Part shown: positions 11,476 through 23,720 of the stretch, one piece after another | Numbering within the stretch: position 1 is the stretch's first letter | How the letters are laid out: each line of letters starts with the position of its first letter | Source of the DNA: Lytechinus pictus | Lineage: Eukaryota | DNA length: 64,000 bases | Direction: 5' to 3' | NCBI RefSeq assembly: GCF_037042905.1 | Contig: NC_087249.1 | Location: 6,884,001-6,948,000, forward strand | Position numbers and translations under genes: made by a program | Notes under the pieces: generated by a model | Database searches by the model: none | What the model was told of the DNA's origin: nothing | Seen by the model: the letters and a program-made list of their open reading frames with translations, nothing else

Positions 11476-12723
11476 ATGAAAATGGCGTCTCTTCAGGCTG
11501 TGATCAACCCTCCTGTTCAGGAAGTTATGCTCGGATCAACTGCCACGTTTTCATGCCTGGTGTACGACAGCGCCGGACACGAGTCAACAAGAACATTTTC
11601 CTACGAATGGGAGGCAGCGCCGTACATCGTACAGGAACAGCGATACACCTTCAGCGAGGACAAACATCAGCTGGAAATCTATGATGTTAAGATATCGGAC
11701 AACAACACCTCTGTCTGGTGCCGAGGAGGTCCGAGCAATAAGGCCAAGGCCAGAATTTTAGTTGTTCCTAGTTTTCCAGGAAACAAAGGCATGGCCACGC
11801 CAACCACCGAACCGATGACTAGTGATGCTTTGCTAGCAGGACCTACAGAGCGAAAGAGCAGAGGAGCCGCCGGTGCCACAGTTGCGAGCTTGTTGATTGT
11901 GTTGGCAATACTTGCTGTGTTGTTAGTTTTCGCTTACAGGAGATTAAGAAACAATAGAAGATACAGAAGCCTGAGAATCACCTCAAAGTTACTCGGGAAC
12001 AAATTCGGTGGGAGGAAGTCTAAGATTACGAGGTATTCTGGGGGCGAGGACGGTTACCAAGAACCTGTCATACCTGCCTTCAACAACCCTCCTCAATACA
12101 CCTGTCTCACCCAAACCAACCCCATCAACAAGAGACCTATTCCGCCGCCAAGGACAAAGAGAGGGAGAAGACATACAGAACCAGCGCCACTTGGCGCCAT
12201 CGCCGAGGAAGAGCACGGGTACAACACCATCAGACCATGTTCAGGTGACCCACCTAACACTGCTGGAGAACATAGTGGATATATGGACATGTCTGGAAAG
12301 AGCAAAAAGGGACAAAATCGGACCTTCCGTCGCGCTTACAGCCAATGCGATGCTGATGATGACTACGAAAATATCAACATCAGAACAATCAGCAACCGGA
12401 AGGGGAATCAGACATACGTAAATCAGAATATGGCTGATAAAAGCAAGGGTCATTTGCCATCTCACAATAGCAGTAACTTCAACGGTAATAAACCTCGTGG
12501 ACGGACTGGAGGGACACTGGTGTACGCAAGTTTGGACTTGGGCGAGGTACAAGGCGGACCTGTCTTTTCGCCACCTCCGGAGGGGGAACGAACAACGTAT
12601 GCAAAGATCTTGAGGATTTTAAGTGTCTTTCGTACAATGCGCAGTACTAGGATTCGAGTGGTTCACACAGGTGCGGATGGAAGACATGCTCGAGGACATT
12701 GTGAAACCACAAGGTACAGGTGA
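11476..12723 (+). CDS. Single-Ig-domain transmembrane receptor/adaptor with ITIM + ITSM and multiple tyrosine docking motifs (415 aa from the first ATG)
   Basis: 449-codon ORF; ATG at 11476, and at 11482 in aaaATGG context; Ig pattern GSTATFSC(11554)...YEW...LEIYDV.ISDN..VWC(11719); TM ATVASLLIVLAILAVLLVFAY followed by RRLRNNRRYR; tail has YMDM, YENI, YVNQ, LVYASL, TTYAKI. Confidence 0.88.
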   Translation: MKMASLQAVINPPVQEVMLGSTATFSCLVYDSAGHESTRTFSYEWEAAPYIVQEQRYTFSEDKHQLEIYDVKISDNNTSVWCRGGPSNKAKARILVVPSFPGNKGMATPTTEPMTSDALLAGPTERKSRGAAGATVASLLIVLAILAVLLVFAYRRLRNNRRYRSLRITSKLLGNKFGGRKSKITRYSGGEDGYQEPVIPAFNNPPQYTCLTQTNPINKRPIPPPRTKRGRRHTEPAPLGAIAEEEHGYNTIRPCSGDPPNTAGEHSGYMDMSGKSKKGQNRTFRRAYSQCDADDDYENINIRTISNRKGNQTYVNQNMADKSKGHLPSHNSSNFNGNKPRGRTGGTLVYASLDLGEVQGGPVFSPPPEGERTTYAKILRILSVFRTMRSTRIRVVHTGADGRHARGHCETTRYR

Positions 12724-13722
12724 TCTATGAAAGATTCTTGACTTTTTAAGATGCATATGCGCTGTTGACATTAACATACAAATCTTTGTTGACGATGATT
12801 TGGTATGTAAATTATACACAAACTTTTAATCTCACATTTACAGCTGGAATGAACTGTAACTTGCCAAGCATTATGGAATGTGTCGTAAATACCGTAACAA
12901 AAGTAGTACTTTTATTTCTTGACTGTTCTAGCTTCAGTGGCCGGGAAAGATAAGATTCTGAAACTTTGAAGTAACATGGTAGTATCACAATTATTGTATG
13001 TTACACTTTATGCTGTATAGGATTGCATTAATGTGCATGACAACTTTTCCAGTGTTAATTGTCTTGGTAAAGACATTGTTTAAACAATTCTAAATACACT
13101 ATAATCATATTTTGTATGACAAAAACAATTAGAGTTTGTGTTATTGCTGTTTCCATGGGAAATCGTTGTAGGGGACGATACAAGAAGTGATGATAAGCCA
13201 TCATAATAAACTTGACCCTATTCATGCTCGAGACAAACAGGTAATCCAATAAGCTGTTTTTGTCCTTAAAGTTATTCCGACTAAACCAATCCCAATTTAG
13301 GATAGATCAAGAATGGAATAAACTGCTCTTCCTGAGAGTGGAAATTCTTAAGTTGTTGATAATCTTAGGCATCATGTCCCAGCCGATCGCCTTTCAAAGG
13401 TCTTCTCTGAAACTGGCCTTAAGACGTTACATGAGAGCCTAAGTTAAGAGATAAGGCTCAGCTCTTAAATATCGCCAACCCTGGGAAGTGTTTCTGGGTG
13501 GAGCAACAGACGCGTTTGCTTTAGTTCTCTCTTCATGCGGGAGGATATCTAAATCCGTTCCTTGTAAATATCCCCCGGGGATCAAGCAAGTTCATGACTT
13601 TCAAAGTTTTCCTCCTGCATCAGTCAATGCATGCCTTTAATGTATATTCACTCGTATCATCTCCCTCGTGAGGTCATTAGGGACGCTAACAAAGCTAAGT
13701 TCGTAAAGGTTGGGTTGAACTG

Positions 13723-13853
13723 GTGGGTAGGTGTTTCATGAAGCTGTTCCATAATCACCAATGAACATTTAATGGTTAATATATAATACACCATAAAAAA
13801 AGGAGAGTCGGTCGTTCTTTAAGTCACTTACAAACACCTTCATGAAGCGGCCC
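13723..13853. mobile_element. Short PIF/Harbinger-group MITE, family C (degenerate), in the likely 3' UTR of gene 2
   Basis: CTG on both flanks; GTGTTTCATGAAGCTG...CTTCATGAAGCGGCCC ends; homologous to 18127-18301. Confidence 0.6.
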
Positions 13854-15049
13854 CTGGATTGAAGGAGCATAGTCAATTGACTCCTCCTATAATGAACAGA
13901 TGATCAGCCTATCATTATTTTGTACTTTTCAACTTTTACATGTTTTAATAGCCCGTCCGAAAAAAGGCAAATAAGAGCATGACTGATGATGGGCAACTTC
14001 TTGTTTAAAGTGTTATGGAATTTCCTAATTTTCTTCTCTGTAAATGCAAAACTGTTAATATGATCTATATTGCATTTCTTAGAAGATAAACTGAGGACCA
14101 TTCCATTGGAGTGAATTGTACATCGTTGAAGAGTGAATTTCAGCTCTTTTTGGAGCTGCAAACTTCATCTCTCCTTTTGTCAGACAAGTTATTCTTTACA
14201 GCATTGTCTTGTTTATTAAGGTTATGATAGTCAGGGCCTGACAATAATATTGGAGGTGAAATATTAAACGTAATGTTAACACGTTGACAATGTAATCCCG
14301 CCAATTTCAGGTAATTTTCCTAATCATGCTAATGGATATTGATTTAACTTGTAGTGTATAAAGATTGTTAAAAATGGATTCAGAATAAATCCAGACATTG
14401 TCTAGGTGTAGATTTAAACCCCAAAGATTCAATTTCAAATAATTTTAGATTGAACAAAATTTTTAGAATTCAAATATAAAGCCAGAGTTTAGCTGGTTAT
14501 CCTTTAATTCAAATCCTATATGTTTAGAACTTTTGAGCCTTTTATTTCTCTCCCCACAATTCGACTTTAATTGAAAAGAATTTTTCATAATATTCAATAT
14601 CTTTCATTTTTTGTCTGCTTGATTTTTCACTAGCATTTCAATAAATGGTAAAAAAATTATTTCATCATTAAATTAAAAACATATACAACAAGACGAGGGG
14701 CGTGTAAAATGAAGTTATGAATTTATGATCCATGTTATTTACCGTATATATATATTGCGAGCATTCTACAACTGTCCTTACGTAAACTTACTAAAAGTGA
14801 GTGAAATTAATTTTAACAGGCCTATTCTTTGTTTATCAAAAATATTGTTTTACATGATTATAGAAATATATCGTTCTTTGAGCATGATTGATTTGTACTT
14901 TGTTTTATATAAGTTTTTACTAAAGATGTGAATTAACCAAAGTCTCACAATGAATTTTATTTAAATTACTTGTGTTTGTGATTTCAAATTGTTGTCTCAG
15001 TGTACCACTCTTTACATCAGCCTTTTGGGGAGATGGTATCTGGGAGAAT

Positions 15050-15093
15050 ACACACACACACACACACCCCACACACACACACACACACACCCT

Positions 15094-15143
<50 letters not shown>
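15050..15143. repeat. Compound (CA)n(TA)n microsatellite
   Basis: Read directly from the sequence. Confidence 0.97.
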
Positions 15144-15529
15144 AATATATTTTACGTAGACGATGAAACTGGACATCTTGTGTTAAACAAATATGTCTCA
15201 TTAAGCTGTCAATGGATTAATATCATATTAAAGCATTGCTTTAGGCCAAATTTGTGTTGAGACTTATGGGCAAATGCTAAATCTAAGTATAGTCAGAAAA
15301 AGGCCAAGCAAGAACTACCAAGTATTGGGTAAAAATAAATGGGTAAAAAATAAACGTAATTTGTTGGTGGGTAAAGAATGAGGCGAAAATTATTCATTCG
15401 GAAATATTACCTAACTGTCACAGCATTTGGCAATGGTTTAGCCAACAAATGGCATGTTCCTTCTTTACCCAAAATGTTGAGTAAACCTCATTTAAAGTGT
15501 AAAACGCTAGCTGCAATGTCATTCAGTTA

Positions 15530-15632
15530 CAGTCACACTGACCAAATCGGCTAAAAACGGACAAACGATATGTCATTGAACATAACGTAATAGCTTTGAT
15601 CGGTATGGAGTCCGATTTTGCCAGTGTGACTG
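15530..15632. mobile_element. ~100 bp MITE-like inverted repeat (related copy at ~16850-16955)
   Basis: CAGTCACACTGACCAAATCGG / CCGATTTTGCCAGTGTGACTG ends; internal AATAGCT.TGATCGGTATGG shared with ~16910. Confidence 0.55.
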
Positions 15633-17664
15633 CGCTACTACTCTTATTTGTATATGGTTTGTCCGTGGAAGAGTTCACACTGTCCGATGGAATTACAAGG
15701 CTTCAGGAAATGTGGATCTATGGTGAACTTTCCGGGTGTAATCGGGTCACGCTCGGAACTAACTTTGTCCCAGATAAATGATTTGTTTAAGAGAGTCGAG
15801 CAAACAGAGGAAATGGATAGAGATGACAAGGGTTTAATATGAATAATATTAAGTAGTGGTTAATATTATTTCATGAGAGTGTAATATAGCTCCTTCTGGA
15901 GTGAAGAGTGTATAATTTCTTAGACAATTTCACTCCAGAAAGAGCTATAATGCACTATCTCTCAAAAGATGTAAATCTCATTCGAGACGACTAGTCCTCG
16001 TCTTAGGGACCAGATAAATACTGTATGTAAATTATGCATATGGAAGAAGGCATATGAAGCCGGAAAGTAGGTGCTTGTGGGATACGCCTGTAAAACGATG
16101 TTACTAAACAACAATTAACAAAAGAAAACGCTAAGAAAAGGGATGAGTAGAAAAGAACATAGAAGAAGGAGAATTCATATCAGACATTTGGAAAATGACA
16201 ACAAATTAGAATTTTGTATCCAAAGATAGTTTCGTATGAGATGCGAGTGTGATGTCTTGGCAGTTGGCATCACGACAAAGTCTTCATCTGTAAATAGGCC
16301 TATGCCATGTGGGGACATCTCCATGCACTTATTCTCATTTATTGGAGTTTTAAAGTGACATTAGCAAGTAATGGCAAATTAAACATCAATTCTTTAAATC
16401 TAATATCATTCCATTTCATGAATTCCTGACCGAAATCATTTCAGATTTATTTCCAATATCGATTTAGATAAATGTATAGTTTTGACAGAAGGTTATATTT
16501 TGTTGATAAAGAGGCTCTGCGTCTCCGTCAAGAAAAACAAATGTTTTTTGCACTTGTTTTCTGACGGCGAAAAGATTTTAATTTGTTCACCCTTTTCAGA
16601 TCAACCTGCGCATACTAGATTAAAATTGGAATTCCTTTAACATGTTTAATGAATAGCCACGTACTTCGGCACAGCGTCATGCATGCATGGAAATAAGGGA
16701 GTCGAAAATAAACCCTCTTTAAATGTCAAGGACCCCCGGCATCTGACAGGGTCCTCAGAAAACATACACACCGCGAGTCATCTCCAGTGTCATGCTGCCT
16801 TTCAGGAAAGGCCTTTGAGGTAGCTAACCAAGCCCTAAACTAAGAAGCCCAGACACACTTAAGAAACCGGCTCTAAAACGACCGATCATATGCCATACGA
16901 AATCAACGCAATAGCTGTGATCGGTATGGCATCGGATCGTTAGATGTGACTGCTCTGAACATTATCCCGAGGCTCCTGAATGTTCACCATGGGAGAGTAT
17001 CACGGGGAGGCTTGTTTGTGATTTTTAAATGACAAACTCGCTTTCAGCCAATCAGAGGCATTGATTTCAGTAGCTTATAACGATTGTTGTTGAAAATCGC
17101 TCCATGACACAATCCCAAAGTCCCGCAGTCAATGAAGGTACATTGATGATTTACAAAAAAAATGGATAGCGGGAGTGCAGACATCACCTCCCTTCTATTT
17201 TTTTATTAATCCAACGATATCAATACGATCCAAGATAATCTACATTTGTAGTGGTATTTGCTGCTATATCGAGTAACATATTTCTCTGCGACTCGATTGA
17301 TACGGATCTTTGTTGATAAAAATTGTGATTCCAAAGTACGCAGTGAACGGGTTGCCATACTGTTTCTGCTTGTGGATGTGCCCAACAATGCAGTAACGGA
17401 TAGATTTGTCCTTTTCATTCTATATATGTCAATTTACTATTTACACATGGCCATACACACGTTATAATTTCGATCGATCTAGAGTCGGTTTCGTTGGTGT
17501 GACTGTACTCTATAAACGTAAAAGAGCTAATCTGTTCCATAATAACACTCCTCGTGGAATGATACTAGTGACTAATCACTTTGGAGTTGATTGTACATTC
17601 TTCTAGAGTGCATTATGAATCTTTTTTTGGAGTGAACTGCAAGAAGAGTTGTTTTTCTCTGCAT

Positions 17665-17987
17665 CACATAACATTATTACCCTTCTACATTCTTATACGT
17701 CGAGCGCCTGACAAGAAGACAGAAGGTCCCAATCTTAATGTCTTTGGTATGACTCGGCCTAGTCTGCTGTGCAAACCCTTCACTCGAGTTAAGGGTCTGA
17801 ATTGCAGCCTACTTATGCCTTGTGTACTGAAGACCCTCTCGCTATGTGCTAGTCTTTGCGTGGAGACACACTTGTTGATCAAAGTTTCAATCAGGGTCTG
17901 TGCCTGCAGACTAGGCTCGGCCGGGATTCGAACCCACGACCTCCCGTTCATGAGGCGGGCGCCACTCTACCACTGAGCCACAATGCC
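17665..17987 (-). mobile_element. tRNA-derived SINE, family B, interrupted by a DNA element
   Basis: Minus strand has A box TGGCTCAGTGG and B box GGTTCGAATCC, then the body GTCATACCAAAGAC...; related to 47845-48080. Confidence 0.8.
17760..17913. mobile_element. 154-bp non-autonomous DNA element with TAG...CTA termini and 9-bp TSD (AcademH-like)
   Basis: TIRs TAGTCTGC...GCAGACTA; flanks GACTCGGCC/GGCTCGGCC; removing it restores the SINE. Confidence 0.7.
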
Positions 17988-18126
17988 TGATTTAAGGATA
18001 AATGTATAGTATGGAATTTATATTGCGCCATTGAATTGGTAACTAGACAACCGGCAACCCATTATGGCCAAATTATCATGATTATCATGACATCTTTCAA
18101 ATTTGGTATTTTCACTTCAGGTCCTG

Positions 18127-18301
18127 GTGGATGTTTCATAAAGCTGTTCGTAAGTTAAGAGCGACTTTAACCGCTGGTGAATCTTTCTTACGCGCTGAAT
18201 AATCACCAATGGACACTTAATGGTGGATATCATTTACCACAAGGAGTGATTACCAGTCGTCCTTATAGTCACTCTTAACTTTAGCTTTATGGAAGGGCCC
18301 C
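18127..18301. mobile_element. PIF/Harbinger-group MITE, family C
   Basis: CTG TSD at 18124 and 18302; palindromic structure; homologous to the split copy 30063-33746. Confidence 0.75.
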
Positions 18302-19440
18302 CTGTTTCCTGCTATTATGTTTTGACCATAGTTTGCAAGATATCATCAAATGAGTGTAAATGTCAACTATAATCGTTTGGCATTATATCAATAGCGTATC
18401 ATTAAATAGGTCGGGATCTGATCATCTCAGCCAGCAATAGAGCACATTATGGTTGATTATCAATATTTGTACTTCTGTTAACCCCTTCTTTTATTTTCAT
18501 TCGGATTATGCATCATCGTTAATCTGAACTCTTCGGTCATGTTTCCCTAAAGGCCAAGGAGAAAGTCTTAAAACATTGGACGTAAAATGTCACATCATCA
18601 CGAACGTTTCTGTCGGTCGCACTTTGATATTAAACCTGTGCTAAAATATTGATTTGGAGTGGAATTTTGCGAAGGGCGGTCTTGGGAGTGTCGTTTATGA
18701 TTTTACAAAGAACTTGAATTCGAACATTCTGAGTTATGCTATGCTATCCCATCTATTTCGCGAAGAGGGCAATGGATTGCATGGACTAAGCTGATCATTC
18801 TGATGAGTTGAATGATTGTTTTAGTGGCCCAAACATGTTTAGTATGTGTGCAGCGCTTTGTAATCGGAAGGAAAAGGCGCCATTTTACCAAATGTCTGTT
18901 GGATTTGATTGATTTGAATATGTTGGCATTTTTTCGTCGAAGTTTCACTTAATTATATGCTTCTTAGATGTATATTTCTGATAAGATGTAATTTTAATGG
19001 ACTTCGTTCTCATTTTGTATAATCAAGTTTGGTATTCTCTTTGAAGCTCGCCGGTCAGACGTAACTTAACAAAAATCATTATTGCTGTTCCTCTAGTAGC
19101 TTAGCTGCATAAAACACTATTTCTGCTAATCCGGGTGGTGCACTTATGTTTCTGGCGCGCTTTATGTTATTCCTATATCTTTCTGAAGATAAGTAATAAC
19201 CATATGACTATAGTTGATAACCATTGCGTTTGTGTATAATCAATCGTGCACAAGCTTTGAATAGATTAAACATGACCTGCAAACGATAGATAACGGCATG
19301 GTTCTGCATGTGCACTCACAAAACATTCTCGCAGCTACGATGTGGTGACAGAAATCGAGGGAGGAGGACGGGGGTGATAAGAGATTGGGGTGGGGAGGGG
19401 AAGGGCACATAGGTGGGATGGGACGAGAGGGAGGGGTAAG

Positions 19441-19852
19441 GGTTTATTTTCATTTGGTCCAATGCCGATTCGTCCAATTGCCAACTCGTCTACTATCATT
19501 TGGTCTACCATCAGTTCGTCCAATATCTACATGGTTTAATTGCCATTTCGTTCACTCGCCATTTTGTCTAATAACCTATTGGTACATATCCCATTCGGTC
19601 GAATAAGACTAAGTGTCAATTGGGCAAAATGAATGAAAATAAAAACGAATATTAGACCAACTGGCTATGAGACAAAACGGTCATAGACGAACTGGTGATT
19701 AGACGACGTGATGATTAGACCAAATGGTTATTAGACCAAATGGTTGTTAGACGAAACGTTGATGGACGGAATGGCATTTGACTAGATGAAGATAGACCAT
19801 GTCATGATGTGGTGAGTGGACGAGTTGGTAGTGGACGAAATGGCTATTTACC
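19441..19852. mobile_element. Foldback-type element with inverted arms of ~15-16 bp tandem subrepeats
   Basis: Left arm TTCGTCCAA/TTTGGTCTA units; right arm TAGACGAA/TAGACCAAATGG units (reverse complements). Confidence 0.65.
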
Positions 19853-22800
19853 GGGGTATAAGCTGGAAGGCGTTGATGGCATTGCCCTGGACTCAAGATA
19901 AGAATAGCCTTTGATCAGGGGCATTTATACTGGCCCCATTTCAAATAATTAAAGAATTGAAGAGCGTCACGGGTACATAGGAGAGGGGAGGGGTGAATGA
20001 CTGAGTAGAGAGGAGGGGGTAGGGAGGAAGAAAGAATGAAGTTGGGGAGTGGGGGCAAGAAGCTGGGAAAGGGGGAAGAGGTGCGAGACAGGGGAATAAG
20101 GGTTGAAAAGAAATTTCTATCAAAACAATGATGATAATGTTGGAGATGATATCAAAATAACATTTGAGAATTAGACATTATTTTTTTCTGACTTGTGTCG
20201 TCACCAATCTAGAATGAGAAGAATATTGCCAATCACTTTCCTCTCATCATCTATTTGATGTTCCCTCTATCCTCTCTCCCGCCTTTCCCACTTACATAAC
20301 TCTTCTATTTAAAAAAAAATAAGGGAGAAAAACATTTCAAATACAATTTCCCATTTCAACATTTTGAACGAACACGATATTATTAAAAAACGAACGGAAT
20401 GAACATGATGTCGTCATCGGGCCCAAGCCATTCGGAAGTGACACAATCATGAACAGAATTTCGAGGCACCTACCGTATCCTTGAAAAATCATGAAAACAA
20501 ATAAAACTCAAAAGTTTCATATCCTGTATTCAATGATAAGTCATGGATTTTGATGACGAGACGTAATGTAACGCATGTAAATTCGGTCACATAACTTGTT
20601 TGTTTTAGCCTTCATTTGTTTGGGGACTATTCAGATTCGCTAATTATGGTTGAAAAATTATATAGATTTTGCTTCACTAGTGGAATAGCTCTTTTGTATT
20701 CCTTACTCTTCCGTATTCCAATTTCCCAGTGAAGCTCAGTTATTAATATTTGATATATTTCACTACTGTAATTTCAAAATGGGTACAGGTAAACTGCCAC
20801 TCTATCGGGCAAACATGCCATGTTCTTTGTGTAAGATATTTGGACTATGAGAACGTTAGAAGCAATGAAGTAAATCTAAAATAATCAATGCAAAATTTAA
20901 ATCTAGATCAGGATTTAGAAAATAAGCTCAAAGTCACAATAGCACGTGAAATATACAATTATAGCAAAGGACCTTCATAAAAAAAAATGGACAACTAGTA
21001 TAGCTAGGCTTTGACTTCATATATATTTTCAGAAGATTATATTGCGCCACTCCCAGCACAGGGATATACATCGTGAGGGCCACTGCAAGGGCAGCCGCCC
21101 TATCATTTATTAAGTAATCAAAGTTAGTACATGTAATTAAAAAAGAAGAGGTATAAAGGATAAACAGATGAAGAAAAGAAAAGGAAGAACATAATTCTTG
21201 CTGGGGCCTAAAACTATTTTGATACCTCTGTGCTTTCTTTGAAAAAAAATTCCATTTTAGTTCACCTTGCCCTCTTCTTCCCTGCCATCCTGCCAAAAGT
21301 TTGCGTTGATTATATTGCTTGTTTAGAGGGGAAAACACAGCAATATGGATGTTGAAGGATAATGAATTATCTAAATTTATAAGATATCAAGGAAACACAT
21401 AAAATCAGATTTTACAGACTAATATAGTCCTGGAAAACATGGGTGAGGGCAGCGGGTGACCGCCCCTAAAAATTCGTAATAAAAAGTAGAAAATAATAAT
21501 AAGAAGTGATATAATTACATTGATAATTAGTAGAATTCAAACCGGACGTCAAAATTCAGTTTTGAACACATTACGAAATTGAAACCACTGAGGTTTTGGC
21601 GAAAATCCACCAGAGAATAAAAAACCAAGGTAATGAATTGTTTTTAAATTTTGTGACGTCACATGCACGGTTCTCCCATTTATGTCGTAATATACGTTCC
21701 ATGAATTATTGTTTTTGTTGGTCATGGTAAGAATATCTCCTTTTCATTTTCCCCTGTTTTCCCCTTCACCTTGGATCCGAGAATACCTCAGGGCGTGTGC
21801 TGGGCGTTCCTATTGGATAAAAGCCATTTAACACGCAGCAAATAAAGGGGTTTGCTCAAACGTTTTGCTCCATGGCCCTTTAAACTGTTTTTTTTACACG
21901 CATATCGCTTAGTACGTTCGTAATTTCACTCAGCTCTGCAATAATCTGTCCCATTCATCGGGCATACCCATCACTCAACAGATATCACCTAATTTAAAGA
22001 TCTCCTTCAAACATGAATTCTGAATCATTACCTCCTTTTACAGCATCAATGGTCTCCCTCCAAGGCAGTTGGTTCATTTTTTTTAAGTTAAGCAACCGGC
22101 GACTAGGAACGTTTTTATGGAATTGAAATCTGGTAACAGGAATGAATGTTAAATGTCGATTTTAATCGGTTAAGAGCTCCATCTGATATAAAATTGCTTT
22201 GACACTTTCTCCGATTACATCCACCATGGACCTACTTCAGAGAAGTAGGTCCACGCATCCACTTAATGCCTTAATAAAAATTTCCTCAGAAGAAAAAAAA
22301 AACATACTGTTAATGTGCCCAAAATGTGTTCCAAATATTAAACACTCTAATAATCAAGAGTTTAACCTGATCTATCCAAGCTAGGTTTATTTGAATTCAC
22401 TCTATTTTTGTTTCATTTCTCACTTATTTTCTGCCCATGTACATGTATATTAAACTATCGAGTGGTTATCAATTCAATAAGTAAAAGAACTTACCTATAA
22501 TGAAATAATAAGATTGATTAATGTGTATCTGATATATATATATATTTTTTATAGTAATTTCACTTTTTTTTCTTAAGTCAAGTAATAATTTACCTCTTGT
22601 AATAATTCCTACATCCAATATTTTCTATTAACTGTATAATTTCATTAGAATGCAAACTCTCCTTGCTATTTATAAGCTTAATCAGTTTCCCGAATAACCT
22701 GTCTATTAAGACTACTTCTGTTTTGATTGCCCGTTTAATTCTTGGCCCTCCTCCAGAGATTTTAAATGCTCTCCTCCTACAAGATGTCTTCGTCACCGTG

Positions 22801-23407
22801 TATAGACCGGATCTTTACTCCCCTTTTTGAAGTCTTTCCGGTCGTGTTCTACCCTATTAGCACCGTCCGCTACCCCCAATTTACTTCCCCTACAATATTT
22901 CGTGGACAAGGGGGCATGAAAAGACAGGGAAAACTCTGTTGTTGTTGTTCAAAATTCTTGTTTTCCATCATGTTAAAGTATAAATAAAAACCCTCTCCAA
23001 ATTACTTTATCTGATTTTGTTTTCATCCAGTTTCGTTATCCGATTGTGCAATATGCATCAGAACCAATGATTTCTGGTAGGCCCTAAATCGTTCGCATGT
23101 CTGCAAAGAAATTGGACATCAAGGTTAATTATCAAAAGTCTCCAAACACAAACTAATAATTAGTTGTTTCACTGATAATCCATACCAGTCACCAGAAATA
23201 ACCTCATGTTTTATTAAACAGGATATGTGTGGGTTTTTTTCGGAAGCAAACTTTCATAAGTAATTCTATTTTTGTTAAATAATGAATATCGATGAATCAG
23301 AAAAAAATTGAATCCCATGCATTTGCTTTTATTTCATAATGTCATCACCGTTCTCAATGCCAATAGTCTGGGTGATCAAATAAATTTACACATTTGTATT
23401 GATTTGA

Positions 23408-23491
23408 ATTGATTGATTGATTGATTGATTGATTTATTGATTTATTTATTTATTATTATTATTTTTTTAATTTATTTATTTATTTATTCAT

Positions 23492-23522
<31 letters not shown>

Positions 23523-23595
23523 TTCATTTATTTATTTATTTATTTATTTGTTCATTTATTTATTTATTTATTTATTTATTTACTTATTTATTCAT

Positions 23596-23662
<67 letters not shown>

Positions 23663-23720
23663 TCTATTTATTTATCTATTTATCTATTTATTTATTTGCT
23701 TATTTATTTTATTTTTTTTA
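23408..23720. repeat. (ATTG)n/(ATTT)n tetranucleotide microsatellite, ~310 bp
   Basis: Read directly; explains the spurious FIYL-repeat ORF. Confidence 0.97.

Noticed and set aside
17920..17987. tRNA genes (also at 31655, 46471, 47845, 26110)
   Set aside because: A/B boxes continue into shared SINE bodies and tails; these are SINE heads
20474..20479. 6-nt minus-strand microexon (tttttcaAG|GATACG|GTAGGT)
   Set aside because: AAG acceptor, no flanking coding exons identified, easily produced by chance
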